Assembly: GCA_023205875.1 (NCBI GenBank)
Contig: CP060768.1
Location: 62,001 to 126,000 of the forward strand
Source: Chloropicon primus
Taxonomy: Eukaryota
Direction: 5' to 3'
Length of the DNA stretch: 64,000 nt
The translations under genes were made by a program, and so were the position numbers. The notes below the pieces were generated by a model, which was not told the DNA's origin, searched no databases, and was given only the letters and a program-made list of their open reading frames with translations. Within the stretch, counting starts at the first letter, position 1. Each line of letters starts with the position of its first letter. Positions 47,732 to 59,247 of the stretch are shown one piece after another.

Positions 47732-48588
47732 GACGAATAGATAGGAAGTAAACACAAGAGAGAGAGAGTCTCTTTCCTTGCTCAAAAAACCCAAATGGAC
47801 AAAGCTTTCCAATTGCAAACGGAGTGGGACACCGCAGACAAAAGCTCAAGGTCTTTGGTGCGGTCAAGCAATGTGACGTGTGACGTGTGACGCACGGTTC
47901 ACAAGCAGCCAAAAGCGGTCGGTCTGTTCCTCTTGTCCTCGGCCAAGCGCAACGCCAACAGCCGCTCTTCTCGGATGAATCCTCGTCTCCTCCTTTCGCT
48001 CTCTGACCCTCGCGTCCAAATCGCGCGCAGATCGAGAGTACCTCACCCGTAGAACACATGGAACCACAGCGGTCCACAAATTAGTAGGACAAACGTCTTC
48101 TGATGGATATTGCAATTTGGTTTTCGTTTCTGAAGTTCGATGGTCTCAACGGATGAATGAGGACTCGGTCAAAGAGATTCTCACTTGCACCTGAAGACGT
48201 TAGAAGAACAAGAACAAGGGCAGAAGCATCACCAATGGTAACGTTTTCTCTCTCTTCCTCTCTTCCTCTCTCTCTTTCTCTCTTCCTCTCTTCCTCTCTT
48301 CCTCTCTCTCTCTCTCTCTTTTGTCCTGTCCCCAAGTCGCTCCCCTGCCTGGTGTGCTTGCTCACGCACACACTTTGTCACACTCGCTTGCTCACGCACA
48401 CACTTACTCTCACTCTCATCATCAAGCGGGAGAGGGAGTGCGGGGGATACCACCCCGTGGGTCGGCCAGGGAGCGCCCTGGTCACTCGCTCCACACACAA
48501 AGACAAAGACGATTCTTGCAAATTGACAAGAGGATCGATATACAGTTACAGGAGGCTCGGGGGGCTTATAAGACACCGCCAAAAAGGC

Positions 48589-49824
48589 TTAGAGTTGCTT
48601 GGATATGCTCTCCAAGTATTGAGAAACGCTACTTCGGTTCTTCACGACTTGCATCGTGAGGTCGGCCCAGTGCCTCTGCGAGGAGGTCTCCAGAACGAGC
48701 TGGAGCGTCCTGTGGTCGCTCGTTAGAGTACAAATTTCGTGCATGCTGTCCTCCTCCTTGATGGACACCGCAGCGTTGTTCAGGCTGTTCATCAGCACAT
48801 ATCTTGGTGATTCCCCAAAGGCTTTGACCCACTCCACGCTCTTCATGTCAGAAGACCACCGAACAATCCTTTGGTACACCTTCCCGTTTCGTCCGACCTT
48901 GTTGAAAGTCATGCCAGACTTCAAAAACGCAAGCATCGTCTCCTGGAGCATCTGTTGGAAGACGTCTGACGCGTTCACATCCGAGTCCCTGTCTATGCTC
49001 TCGCTCTTCGCTGGCGTGCTCTCGCTCTTCGCCGGCGTGATCTCGCTCTTCGCTGGCGTGATCTCGCTCTTCTGTTGCTGCTGCTGAGCGATCTTCGCGT
49101 CTAAGGAGAGGGGAGCCTTCCCTTCCCTGGACGAGGGACCCGCTGCAGACGCAGTCTTCGCGGGCGCGACGGGAGTGGGAGTGCTCACCGCGGGCGCACT
49201 CACGGGAGGTGGCGAGCGTCTGCTCGCCGCTTCCGGCGTCGTGCTCAGCAAAATTTTCTTGGAGTTCGGTGTGACAAACTTATCGAGGCTCATGCCCTTG
49301 TCGAAGATCAGACCCTTCTCGCCCTTCAGCCGATCAATCTCCCTCAGAGCTTCCTTGAGCCTCTTCTTGATCTGTTCGAGCATACCAAAGAGCAAAGGGG
49401 TGTGTCAGAGACCTTCTGAGAAAAGGACACAAACTCAAGGCATTGCGTACGCCCCTCCCCTCGCGGTTACTTACATGCACATAGGTCGGAATGCTCGGCT
49501 CCTTGTTCTTCTTCCTCTCCACCGGCACCGGCGGAGTCTTCTGAGGGGAAGCAGGCGGCGTATCCCTCCCGCTACAAGGACGCAAACAAGATTTCAATGA
49601 GATGGACACCACAAAAAGTTAGCCACTTCACTCCATATAGCCGATGGGCGTGGGATTCCTCGGTGCGGTCAACGCCGGGAGAGCGTGAAACCGTGATGGC
49701 GGCAAAGCTCCACTTACATGATCTCCGGACTCTTGGTGTTTGTGAACTCCTTTCCTTGCATGGGTTTGTGTATCCAGGTGCTTTTGTGAGGGTAAATCCC
49801 TTGATTCCTCAACGCTGAAGACAT
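48589..49824 (-). CDS. Coiled-coil plus C-terminal PH-like domain protein; exons 49718-49824, 49475-49571, 48589-49371 (328 aa)
   Basis: Two GTAAGT..AG introns give a continuous frame; LKSGMTFNKVGRNGKVYQRIVRWSSDMKSVEW...SSQRHW is PH-like; an SEITPAK-type unit occurs 3 times. Confidence 0.7.
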
Positions 49825-50039
49825 CTTGGGGTGGTCAACACAATGCAATGGACAGCGGATTACAATCAGACAATGTGATGACAACCAAGCAAGTTTACCT
49901 CTTGCTCTTGCTTGGTCTTTGGGTTGCCGCTCAGGATGTTCTTCGTCTTGCCAGCCTAGAGCCAAGAACCCAGGGTAGGGATAGAAGAGATAAAATTGGT
50001 ACCACTGTACGATTTCGTCAAGTGACGTTTGGTCCGTTG

Positions 50040-50400
50040 AGAGGCGGAGGAGGGGACCGAAGGAGTTCTGGTGTGTGTGTGCCTGGTGCCTGGTGCCTGG
50101 TGTGTGTGAGTGTGTGTGTGCACTGAGGGAGGAGAGGAACAGGAAGGCTCGCTCTTGCTCTTCCTCTTGACATTGGTCTTGACCTTGGTCTTGGTCTTGA
50201 CCTTGCTCTTGACCTTGCTCTTGACCTTGGTCTTGGTCTTGGTTGGTCTTGCTTGGGGGAAGGAGTCCTGGTGACTGGTGCCTGGTGCCTGGTGTGTGTG
50301 TGTGCACTGAGGGAGGAGAGGGAAGAGCAAGGAGAGGGATAGGGAGTCTGGCTCTTGGTATTGACCTTGTTTGATTCATTTTGCCTTGGTCTTGGTCTTG
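50040..50400. repeat. Composite low-complexity repeats (TGCCTGG units, TCTTGACCTTG/TCTTGG units, duplicated GTGCACTGAGGGAGGAGAGG)
   Basis: Visible in the divergent intergenic region. Confidence 0.7.
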
Positions 50401-50531
50401 CTGCTCTTGCTTGGTGTTCGAAGAAGGGAAGCAGTAGAGTTGTGAAGACGAGGTCGGATGTCCTAAGTTTGTGGATTGAAGACACGGATACAACAGAGGG
50501 AAAAGAGCAAGCTGAAGGAGGAGAGCACACG

Positions 50532-51152
50532 ATGAGCGCACTCGCAGGCACGGTAGGACTTGCCGCACTAGGAAAGGGTCCTGAGGGACTTCCCCAGTCC
50601 AAGATGCTCTTGGATATCTTGAAGAAGCTGTACAAGAAGAACGTCGAGCTCGTGAAAGAGAACCAAATACTCAAACAGCAGCTGTCAGCGACCAAGAAGA
50701 GGCTCATTGAGACGGAGTCGTCGCAGAGAAACCTCGGTTCAGGGGGAGACGGGGCGAAGCAACTGAAGAAGAGCATATCGAAACTTCAAAACTCTGTCAA
50801 ATCGAGGGGGGACTCGAAAACGAGGAGGAGCCAAGGGGACGTAAGCTCCGCAGGCTTTCTGAAGGAGCCCCTACAAAAGCGGACTGGATCGCAGGTGAAT
50901 GCTGGGAAGCTGATGAACGAGCTTAACTTTCGGTTGAATCAAGAGCAGAAGCAGAGGGACCTGGAAGCCGCGGTGTACAACGCACAGATATACGAGTACG
51001 AAAAGAAGGAGGTTGATTGGTTCGTGGAGAAGAGGTATCTGAAGGAAAAGATTGCGTCGTTAGAGGGAGAGGTTCACAAGAGGAACGCCCTGGACGACCA
51101 AATAGAAAGCTGCCTCGCCCTCCTTTGTACAAAAATGAAGACGGAAAAATAA
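50532..51152 (+). CDS. Hypothetical coiled-coil protein (about 206 aa)
   Basis: ORF from MSALAGTVG with two heptad-rich segments; AT-rich 3' end. Confidence 0.65.
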   Translation: MSALAGTVGLAALGKGPEGLPQSKMLLDILKKLYKKNVELVKENQILKQQLSATKKRLIETESSQRNLGSGGDGAKQLKKSISKLQNSVKSRGDSKTRRSQGDVSSAGFLKEPLQKRTGSQVNAGKLMNELNFRLNQEQKQRDLEAAVYNAQIYEYEKKEVDWFVEKRYLKEKIASLEGEVHKRNALDDQIESCLALLCTKMKTEK

Positions 51153-51225
51153 AATAGAAAATAAAAACAGAATATATATTTATTTACACAAGTCAAAATT
51201 GTTTACCTCCTGGCCCTTGGCCTGG

Positions 51226-54200
51226 TCAGCCGATTGACCCCACCGAGCCTACCGAACCTATCGATGACCTCCTGACTGCCAGTCTGTCTCCAATCTGAGA
51301 ACCAACAGAACCAATGGAGTGGACAGAGGAGCGCCTACGATCCAGATTCACGCCCTGGGGAATTTCGTGGGCGAGATTGCCACCGGCCAGCGACTGCCGC
51401 CGTTGGTTCAACATAGCTGCTGCTGGAGGTTGAGGACCGAAATCACCGAACACCCCTTGCTTGAAGAGCTCGTCGTCCGCAAAAATGGTGTCAAGCTCAT
51501 AGTCCTGAACGACCGGAGGAATTGTCAACTCCTTGGCCTTTGCGCTCTTGACCTTGATCTTGTCTGGATCAGTGTCCTGAGGAATGAAAGGGGGCTTGAT
51601 TAACTTTCTCTCCAGTGCGTTCCAGCCGTGCTGACCAAAGTCAGCGAACCATGGGTGCTCCTTCATTTCGTTCACGTCCTTTGACCCCAATCGGAAAAGC
51701 TGTTCCTTCTTAAGGCAGTTCTTGATGAAATCTATGCACTCTTTCGTCACCTTCCCAAAGGCTTCCCCGGTGTAGGAAACCTTCTTGTTCACAATGTTTT
51801 TCATGACCACCTTGTTGCTGCTGTTTGGAATCATCCGGAATGGAGTCCTCCCGGCAATCATTTCGTAGACAAGGACGCCAAGACCCCAGATATCCACAGC
51901 ATAGTTGTACCCCTCGTTCAAGAGGACTTCAGGTGCGATGTAGTCCGGTGTGCCGCAGAAGGAGTTGGCCTTCTCGCCGATTTCTAACTTTTTGGCGAAC
52001 CCGAAATCAATCAGCTTCAAGTACCCATCAGTTGTGATCAAAACGTTCTCCGGCTTGAGGTCCCTGTACACGATCTTCCTCTCCCTCATGTGTGAGAGCA
52101 CGGAGACGATGCAGGCGGCGTAGAACTTGGACCTCGACTCGTCGAACTTGCCGTGCTTTCTCATCTCGTCGTAGAGCTCGCCACCGGAACAGACGTCTGT
52201 GAGGAGGTAGATAAACCTGTCATCCTGCCACTTCTTTTTGAGTCTAATGATCATCTCGTGATCCAGCAGGTTCATAATCTGGATCTCCTGCTTCAGGTTC
52301 TTCTGATGGCTCTTGTTCACGATGTCTTTCTTAATGAGGCACTTCATCGCGTACCACTTCTTGCTTATCTTCTCCTGTACCAGCCTGACAGAGCCAAACG
52401 AACCTCTACCGATAATTCCCTTCTCGAAGAAGTCTTGCCTCTCTAGCGACAAGAGCTTGGTCTCCTCCTCTGTCTTCTTCAGTGCATCCTGAAGAAGGTT
52501 GGAGAGGTTGCCACAATATTGCTCGAACACGTGCCTTGAGATCGTGCAGATCCCACTAAGTCTAGAGGCAGTCACGCTGTAGTTGCACTTCTCCGGGCCC
52601 AGCAAAGCTCTTTCCCCAAAGTAGTTACCAGGAAGGAGTCTCACCCTCTCCGTGGAGGAGCCGTCAGCAATCACACGAGTCAAAAGGAACTCTCCCCTCG
52701 ACACAATGTACAACTTGTCGTTGGTGTCTCCTTCCTGAATGAGCTTGTCTCCTCCTTGGAATGGCTCCTGAACGAAGGCTTCGCTGAGCAGCTTATAATC
52801 GTTACTTGAGAGGACGCTCAGCAAGTCGATCAACTGAAGGACGTGGACCATATGATCCTTTGTTGACTGCTCTTTCACGAGTTTCACAAGCCTGTTGAAC
52901 TGAAGCGCCCTGAGGGAGTACACCTCCACATCTGACTCAGCAATGACCCAGGCGCTTCTGGGCTCGTCACTGAGCAAGGCAAGCTCACCAAACGAGCCAT
53001 GACCCTTCACACGAGTCATGACTTGAGATGGCTTCTTGATGTCGTCCAGAACAATGCATTGACCTTTCTTCAAAAAGTAGAATTGGTCCTCAATCGCACC
53101 CTTTTTGATGATCGTGTTGCCCTTCTTGTACTTGTGGAACTCGAACGCGGCCAAGACATCGATAACTTCCCTTTCGTCCAAAGAAGCAAAGGTAGGCAAA
53201 CTGTGCAAGACTTGGATCTTCAAGTTATCCACAACAGCCTTTTCTATGTTCTTCCTCATCTTCTGGAAGAAGCTGGCGTTGATCAGCAACATGCTCGCCC
53301 CTTCGTCCGCCGCAACGTAGGTAGAAGTGAACGCCTGGCTGTAGCATATCTCGAAATCCCCAAAAAAATCCCCAGGAATAGCCAACTTCTTGTTGAACTT
53401 GACTTCACCGTCCTTGTCCTTGTCACTCGAATACCAATTGTTGCTCACCAGGACTTGTCCATCTTGCAGGACATAGAAGAATCCGGGATAGTCATCCTCG
53501 TTCGCAATCGCCTCCCCGGGCGCAAACTTCACGAGCTTGCACTTCAAGATCATGTCGGAGAACCAGGCGTCATCCAAGGAGTTGAAAATCGTGACTTCGA
53601 CCAAAGTCTCGATCGCCTTCTGCAGGTCCTTATTCTTGGAGAATATCCTGGCAAACGTCTCCTGGTCCAGGGCCCACAGCGTTGACTCCTTCACGGAGAC
53701 CACGGAGAAGGGCAAGGGACTCTTCAGAATCAGCGAAGTCTCGCCAAAGTGGTCGCCCGAGTTGAGTATGGACTTCTTCTTCAACTTGTTCTCCTTCTCC
53801 ACCGAAATGCAAGCGAGCATTCCATTCTCAACGATGTAAAAGTTGGTGGCAAAGCTTCCCTGGTGCACGAGCTCCATGCCGTCCGTGATGGTGATCTTTC
53901 TCATCATTCCGCACACGTTTTGTAGGTCCTTCCTTTCCAGGTTGCTGAAGATCGGGTTCTTTTGCAATAGCGGCAAAAGGAATTCTTCCTCTTCCTTGGC
54001 ACGCTTCTGGATCTGCCTCTCCTTGGTGCGGAATTGCGGGTTTTTCGTCTTGCCGGACTCGGTAATGGCAGACATGTTAGCCTTCTTGAGGACAGAGTGC
54101 CCCTGCTGGTGAATGAGCACCTTGTTCCTACTTCTCTTGCTCCTCTCAGCAGTCTGCAACCTGTCAATGCTGTTCCTCCTGTGAACCCTCTCCATCTTCC

Positions 54201-55827
54201 CGTCCATTTCCATGAGACTGCTCCTTCTTCCCCCGTCGTACACGGATTCGATCATGCTCTTCCTGTCCGCTTCTTCCTTGAACACGGCCAGGATCGACAA
54301 GGCAATCTCCTGGGACCTCGCGACCAGCAGCACCTCCCACGTGTCCTCCTGCTTGTTGTGAACCTTGAGCCTCACAGAGTTTTCTAGGAAGTGGCTCAGG
54401 CCGTGAAAGTGCTTTTGGATCCAAGGTTGGGTCTCGGCTTTCTCCTCTGACATCCAGGACGGCAATTCCTGATCCGCCGCGAAGACTGACACGGGCGGCT
54501 GTTTGGTGCCGGACCACGTGAGCTGCTGGTCGTCCACCAGCGTGAAAATCCTCGCCTTGGGCTTCCTCCTGGGCCTCCTCCTTCTGAACTTGTAGAGCCT
54601 CAGGCCGTTCTCCAAGAGTTTCCAGCCCAGCTCCGCGGCCTTCTCTTCCTCGTCCTGCTGGTTAGGAAGCTGGCCGTAGTAGGAAGAGCCGCGCAAGAAG
54701 TTGAAGGAGTGGGGCCCCAGGCTGCCACCAGCCACGCTATCGAATTGCCCGCTCTGCGCGCGCGCAAAGTGCCGCGACCCGCGCATGCTGCCGTGGAAGC
54801 TGCCGTGGAAGCTGCCGTAAAGGTTTCCCAAGGACTTCCTCCTCGTGCCGTCATACTGCGAGCCGCCCTGATCGTACTGGGAGTTCTGCATCTGCGCGTC
54901 CGTGAAGAACGAGTTCCTGTGCGAGAACGAAGCGAGCTGCAGGAACGACGGGTTCACGTTCTCGGCTATCTTGCTCGTCGTCGAGGACGTCCTGCGCTTC
55001 TCCGAGGTCAAGCCCAGGACAACCTTGCTCAAAGCCACTTGGATGGAGGTCTCGCTCATGTCCAGGGCCTCCTTGGACTCCACCGCGTGGTCGTTCGCCT
55101 CCGCCGTGTTCTCGAGAACCTTGTCCAGGACGTCCTCAAAGCTGTCCGAGCTCTTCGTGACCAAGTTGATGTAAGTCGTGAGCATGTTGAGCTTCTTGAC
55201 GGACTCCTGGAGCAAGGTGTGCTGGTCCCTAATGTTCAGCACCTCGACCTGCTGAAGAATGTAGTTCAGACACTGCTCGTCGTCGTACTGCTCCTCGAAG
55301 ATCGTCTCGTCCCTGAAACCCGTGTGACCGGCTGCTACGTCTATCTCAACCTCGGTGGCCCCCTCCGATCGAAGCCTCTTGGCGTCCTCCTTGTTCCGCA
55401 GCCCCTTCTTCAGCTCCTTCCTGGCCAGGTCCTCGTCCTCCCTCAAGATCTCCTCCAGTCTCTCGCGCCACAACAAGTTCAAGTCGCCGTCGACTATGAT
55501 ACGAAGCAGTGCGCGGAGGTACGGGTCCAGCCTATACTTCTCGTCCTTCCTGCTGTAACCCTGGAGGATGCTCGCGGACTCCGGTGAGGAGTCAGCCTGA
55601 TAGTAGGAACAGGTTTTAGAAGGATCATCATCAGATGATGATGGTGAGTCGCCGACCTCATTGCTGCCACGCAGAACTCTCCTCAGCTTGTCAAGAACGT
55701 CCACGTCCGCGTCCACGGTTGAAGGAGAAGAAGAAGAAGGGTCTTCTTTGTCTTTGGTTGGACTGCCGCTGTCGTGGTGGTGGCCATTCATCACCTCGGC
55801 GGTCGCCATGCCGTTCTCGGTCGCCAT
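51226..55827 (-). CDS. cGMP-dependent protein kinase-like: PH-like domain, four cNMP-binding domains, AGC kinase (1533 aa)
   Basis: GRGSFGSV, YRDLKPEN, DFGFAK, FCGTPDYIAPE, PPFIP; four CNB repeats with FGE/FGD cassettes. Confidence 0.9.
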   Translation of the reverse strand: MATENGMATAEVMNGHHHDSGSPTKDKEDPSSSSPSTVDADVDVLDKLRRVLRGSNEVGDSPSSSDDDPSKTCSYYQADSSPESASILQGYSRKDEKYRLDPYLRALLRIIVDGDLNLLWRERLEEILREDEDLARKELKKGLRNKEDAKRLRSEGATEVEIDVAAGHTGFRDETIFEEQYDDEQCLNYILQQVEVLNIRDQHTLLQESVKKLNMLTTYINLVTKSSDSFEDVLDKVLENTAEANDHAVESKEALDMSETSIQVALSKVVLGLTSEKRRTSSTTSKIAENVNPSFLQLASFSHRNSFFTDAQMQNSQYDQGGSQYDGTRRKSLGNLYGSFHGSFHGSMRGSRHFARAQSGQFDSVAGGSLGPHSFNFLRGSSYYGQLPNQQDEEEKAAELGWKLLENGLRLYKFRRRRPRRKPKARIFTLVDDQQLTWSGTKQPPVSVFAADQELPSWMSEEKAETQPWIQKHFHGLSHFLENSVRLKVHNKQEDTWEVLLVARSQEIALSILAVFKEEADRKSMIESVYDGGRRSSLMEMDGKMERVHRRNSIDRLQTAERSKRSRNKVLIHQQGHSVLKKANMSAITESGKTKNPQFRTKERQIQKRAKEEEEFLLPLLQKNPIFSNLERKDLQNVCGMMRKITITDGMELVHQGSFATNFYIVENGMLACISVEKENKLKKKSILNSGDHFGETSLILKSPLPFSVVSVKESTLWALDQETFARIFSKNKDLQKAIETLVEVTIFNSLDDAWFSDMILKCKLVKFAPGEAIANEDDYPGFFYVLQDGQVLVSNNWYSSDKDKDGEVKFNKKLAIPGDFFGDFEICYSQAFTSTYVAADEGASMLLINASFFQKMRKNIEKAVVDNLKIQVLHSLPTFASLDEREVIDVLAAFEFHKYKKGNTIIKKGAIEDQFYFLKKGQCIVLDDIKKPSQVMTRVKGHGSFGELALLSDEPRSAWVIAESDVEVYSLRALQFNRLVKLVKEQSTKDHMVHVLQLIDLLSVLSSNDYKLLSEAFVQEPFQGGDKLIQEGDTNDKLYIVSRGEFLLTRVIADGSSTERVRLLPGNYFGERALLGPEKCNYSVTASRLSGICTISRHVFEQYCGNLSNLLQDALKKTEEETKLLSLERQDFFEKGIIGRGSFGSVRLVQEKISKKWYAMKCLIKKDIVNKSHQKNLKQEIQIMNLLDHEMIIRLKKKWQDDRFIYLLTDVCSGGELYDEMRKHGKFDESRSKFYAACIVSVLSHMRERKIVYRDLKPENVLITTDGYLKLIDFGFAKKLEIGEKANSFCGTPDYIAPEVLLNEGYNYAVDIWGLGVLVYEMIAGRTPFRMIPNSSNKVVMKNIVNKKVSYTGEAFGKVTKECIDFIKNCLKKEQLFRLGSKDVNEMKEHPWFADFGQHGWNALERKLIKPPFIPQDTDPDKIKVKSAKAKELTIPPVVQDYELDTIFADDELFKQGVFGDFGPQPPAAAMLNQRRQSLAGGNLAHEIPQGVNLDRRRSSVHSIGSVGSQIGDRLAVRRSSIGSVGSVGSIG

Positions 55828-57290
55828 GGAATGAATGGACGTCGTCTTGGTTTGGTGGTTGGTGTGCTTGCTTGAATGGGGATCCCTTACGACCTTACGA
55901 CGACGACGACACCAAGAAGAGCAAAGCAAACATCATCATCATATCGAGTCCTTCACATTCCAAGAAGAAGAAGAAGAAGAAGAAGAAGAAGAAGAGTCCA
56001 AGAATTCACTTCACTTCACTTCACTTCAATTCAATTCAACGAGGAGACAAGCTTGTTGAACAAGGACCGAGAGCGAAGAAAGCTTGTTGAATGCAATGCA
56101 ATGCACAAAAGGCCACCACCAAAGCAATCAGTTTTGGACAACTAAAATTAAAACCAACCCAAACCTGAATGGAGTCGAGTCCTAGCCAAGGTCAAGGGTC
56201 GGTCGGTCTGTAAAGGGTAAAGCTCGGTCAAGTTCGATCAAGGTCGTCGTCTTGCCTTCCCTTCGAATCGCTTTCCTGTTTCATATAATAATAATAGATA
56301 AGCTCGCGAGGCGGACCAAGCAGGCAGACAGACAAACTCTGCGATAGTGTGAGCCGCTGCTGCTGCTGCTGCTGCTGCTGAAAAAGAAGAAGAAGAAAAA
56401 AAGTTTTTTTTTTCAGACGGAGTGACGCTTCATGACGAAGAAAAGACCTAATTAAAAACAAAACTTGAGTCAGAAGAAAGAGAACGAGGACGAACGGAGG
56501 ACGAACGGAGGAGTGGAAGAGAGAGGAGAGGAGAGAGAGAGAGAGTCTTGGCCAAGATTACGACAACAACGCAACGACGACGACGACGACGGACGACGGA
56601 GGAAGGAAGAAGGAATTGAAGAGGCGGAAACACGGAAAGAAGAGGCGGAAACACGAACGAATGGATCACGAACGAATAAATATAATAGAATTTAGAATTA
56701 GAATCAATCCTTGAGGATGAGAAGGGAGGAGGACAAGTAACTTGAATGACGCTGGTGCCTTGGCTCGTGGTGATGGCAATATAGTGATTGCCGAAGCTTT
56801 TGATACTGTTAGCATGAATGATGCGTGAGATTGGTCTTCTCGTCCTGGACCCATGCAGACGGACCGATGCGGCTCTTTGTCTCTTCCCCCTCCTTCTTCT
56901 TCTTCTTCTCCTTTCTTCCCGAGAACTTACTTCTGAGAAACTAACGTCGCATGAAGAATGACGACAACCTCTGATGAGGAGTGGACGGCGAGGGTTTGAG
57001 TTTTAGGTTTGAGTTTCTTTCGCGATATTTTTTGTAACGCCTCGGCGCTTGCGAAAGGAGCGAAAGGAGGGAGAGTGTTGGTGTGTGTGTCAACTGGTGC
57101 GGAGGACCTGCGTGCGTCTCTTGCGCGCGCGCGTCTCTCTCTCTCTTTCTCTTTCTCTTTCTCTTCTGCTTCTGCTTCGTTTTGCCGAGGGAGAGGGCGA
57201 GCGTTACGGAAACGGAAGAGCCTTCGCCTTCGCCTTCGCTTCAACCTCGCTCGCGCTCGGGCGCCCAGCGAGCATGCATGGCAGCGTGAG

Positions 57291-58661
57291 ATGTGGACCA
57301 GGGAGGACGACGAGATGACGAAGAACAAGACCGCGGCGGTGAGCACGGGAGGGAACGGCTCGGAGCAGCCGGGCGGGGGGCACCAGGCGTGGACCGGTCG
57401 GCCGAGCCAGAACAGCGAGAAGAGGTACCTGGGCCAGGGCGCGGCGGCGCCGGTGCGAGACGGGAGCCAGTCCGGTCAGGCGGTGGGGGAGGGTCTCTTC
57501 TTCGGCAGGACCTGGTCCGCGGGGGGGAGCGGGGGCCTGATGACGGCCTTCGATGGCAGGGACCTCGGGGCCACGGGATCCGTGAGCTGGTCCGCTACCC
57601 TGGGCCAGGGGACCGCGTCCTCGGCCAGGGCGTTCTCCTCGCCGAGCAGCATGGCGGACCTCGGCGGCGGCAACGTGGCTGGCGCGGACGACCTCCTACA
57701 GCGGAGCATCAGGGGGGGGCAGCTGAGGGCTCAGGAGATGGGCAAGTGGGGCAAGAACGGCGGCCCAGTCACGCAGCCCGCGGAGAACCTCGCGATGCCG
57801 GGCCCGGTGGCGAGGACCCAGAGCGAGATTCTGCTGCCGCGGACTGCCGTGCAGCAGAACACCTCGAAGGTCGTGCCCACTGCGAGCCTGTCCGCCCTGG
57901 ACCTGAACGGGAGCCCGATCGTGACCTCCCCGAGGTCCCCGAGGCAGAGGCAGAGGTCGAGCAGCAGCAGCACGACCAACAGCAACAGCAGCGGCTTGAA
58001 GACGTGCCCGGTGGTCCCCTCGGGCAAGGGCGGAACCGTCAAGGTGAACTCGAATTCCAACGTGAGCATGCACAGCCTGTACAAGACCGAGCTCTGCAGG
58101 TCGTGGGAGGAGACTGGGAGCTGCAGGTACGGGGGCAAGTGCCAGTTCGCGCACGGCAAGAGCGAGCTGAGGCCGATCGCTCGCCACCCCAAGTACAAGA
58201 CGGAGATTTGTCGAACTTTTGCCACCAACGGGACTTGTCCCTACGGCACCCGGTGCAGGTTCATCCACTACGTCTCGTCAAAGGACGTGCAGCAGCCCCA
58301 GGCCAAGTCCAAAAGGGCCGGAGCGAGCAAGCAAGCCCCGGAGCAGCAGCCCGCCAATGCGCCGGAGAAGCCCGCCGCCAAGGCGCCTGGGAACAACCAG
58401 AGCTACGACACGTGGTCGGCGCTCCTGCTGGATGACTCCAAGAGGGCAGCCGCAGCAAAGGTGAAGAGGACGGTGTCTGCCTTCCCGAGACTGGAGCAGC
58501 CCCAGCCTGGAACGTCTCAGCGCGCGGAGCCGGTCAGGACAAAGTCCCAGAGACTGCCCATATTCGAGTCCCTGTCGGACGTCGGCCTGTCGTCGTTGAG
58601 ATTTGACGACGACGACGACGAGGAGGAGGCCGGGCTCGGTTCGACGACGAAAACAACTTGA
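57291..58661 (+). CDS. Tristetraprolin/TIS11-type tandem CCCH zinc-finger RNA-binding protein; start 57291 or 57315
   Basis: LYKTELC-x8-C-x5-C-x3-H and KYKTEIC-x8-C-x5-C-x3-H; C-terminal RLPIFESLS. Confidence 0.92.
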   Translation: MWTREDDEMTKNKTAAVSTGGNGSEQPGGGHQAWTGRPSQNSEKRYLGQGAAAPVRDGSQSGQAVGEGLFFGRTWSAGGSGGLMTAFDGRDLGATGSVSWSATLGQGTASSARAFSSPSSMADLGGGNVAGADDLLQRSIRGGQLRAQEMGKWGKNGGPVTQPAENLAMPGPVARTQSEILLPRTAVQQNTSKVVPTASLSALDLNGSPIVTSPRSPRQRQRSSSSSTTNSNSSGLKTCPVVPSGKGGTVKVNSNSNVSMHSLYKTELCRSWEETGSCRYGGKCQFAHGKSELRPIARHPKYKTEICRTFATNGTCPYGTRCRFIHYVSSKDVQQPQAKSKRAGASKQAPEQQPANAPEKPAAKAPGNNQSYDTWSALLLDDSKRAAAAKVKRTVSAFPRLEQPQPGTSQRAEPVRTKSQRLPIFESLSDVGLSSLRFDDDDDEEEAGLGSTTKTT

Positions 58662-59180
58662 AAAAATCAAAAGTAAGTTAAAGTTCTTGAGTAACTTAAG
58701 TCAGCAAAGCAAAGCAACGACGGCGTTCGTGATGTGAATCACGTCATGTGATTGGTATGATTAGCAAGGTAGCAGCACAATAATAATAAGGTAATTAGGG
58801 TGTTTTTTTATATGTTCTTTTTTTATCAAAAAAAAGTAAAGAATAGAATAGTGTGATGGTTTGCTTTCTCGAGCCCCTGTCGGACGTCGGCCTGTCGGCC
58901 CGATTTGACGACGACGACGACGACGGGTTAGGTTTGACGAACAACAACAAAGCTCTTATGTCATCAACGACGGCGTTCGTCGGAAGGGAGCAGCAGCAGC
59001 ACAATAATAGGTGTATTATTAGGGGGTTTATATGTTGTATATGTTCTTTTTTTATCAAAAAAAGTAAAGAATAGGCATAGTGTGATGGTTTGCTTTCTCT
59101 CGTTTTCGTGTCACCAGAAGAAGGGCGCTCCCCCCTAGTCCCCGAGTCAGAGTCGCTCATGTCCGGGTGCTTGGCGAATA
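58565..59180. repeat. Mosaic duplication of the 3' ends of both flanking convergent genes
   Basis: 58869-58950 copies 58565-58658; 59038-59099 copies 58809-58870; 59135-59178 copies 59248-59270 plus 59428-59445. Confidence 0.85.
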
Positions 59181-59247
59181 ACAACGATGAGAGAGAAGAG
59201 AGCTCCCCTCCCTCCTCATTCCCCCCTTCCCCCCCTCGCCCATCCTC

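Noticed and set aside
56700..56850. Possible small structured RNA (GGATGAGAAG/CTTCTCGTCC stem, GGCAAT/ATTGCC hairpin)
   Set aside because: Only two short stems and no family motifs; may be UTR or intron sequence.
56991..57015. TTTTAGG-like word upstream of the TTP gene
   Set aside because: Single degenerate copy; at most a telobox-like promoter word.
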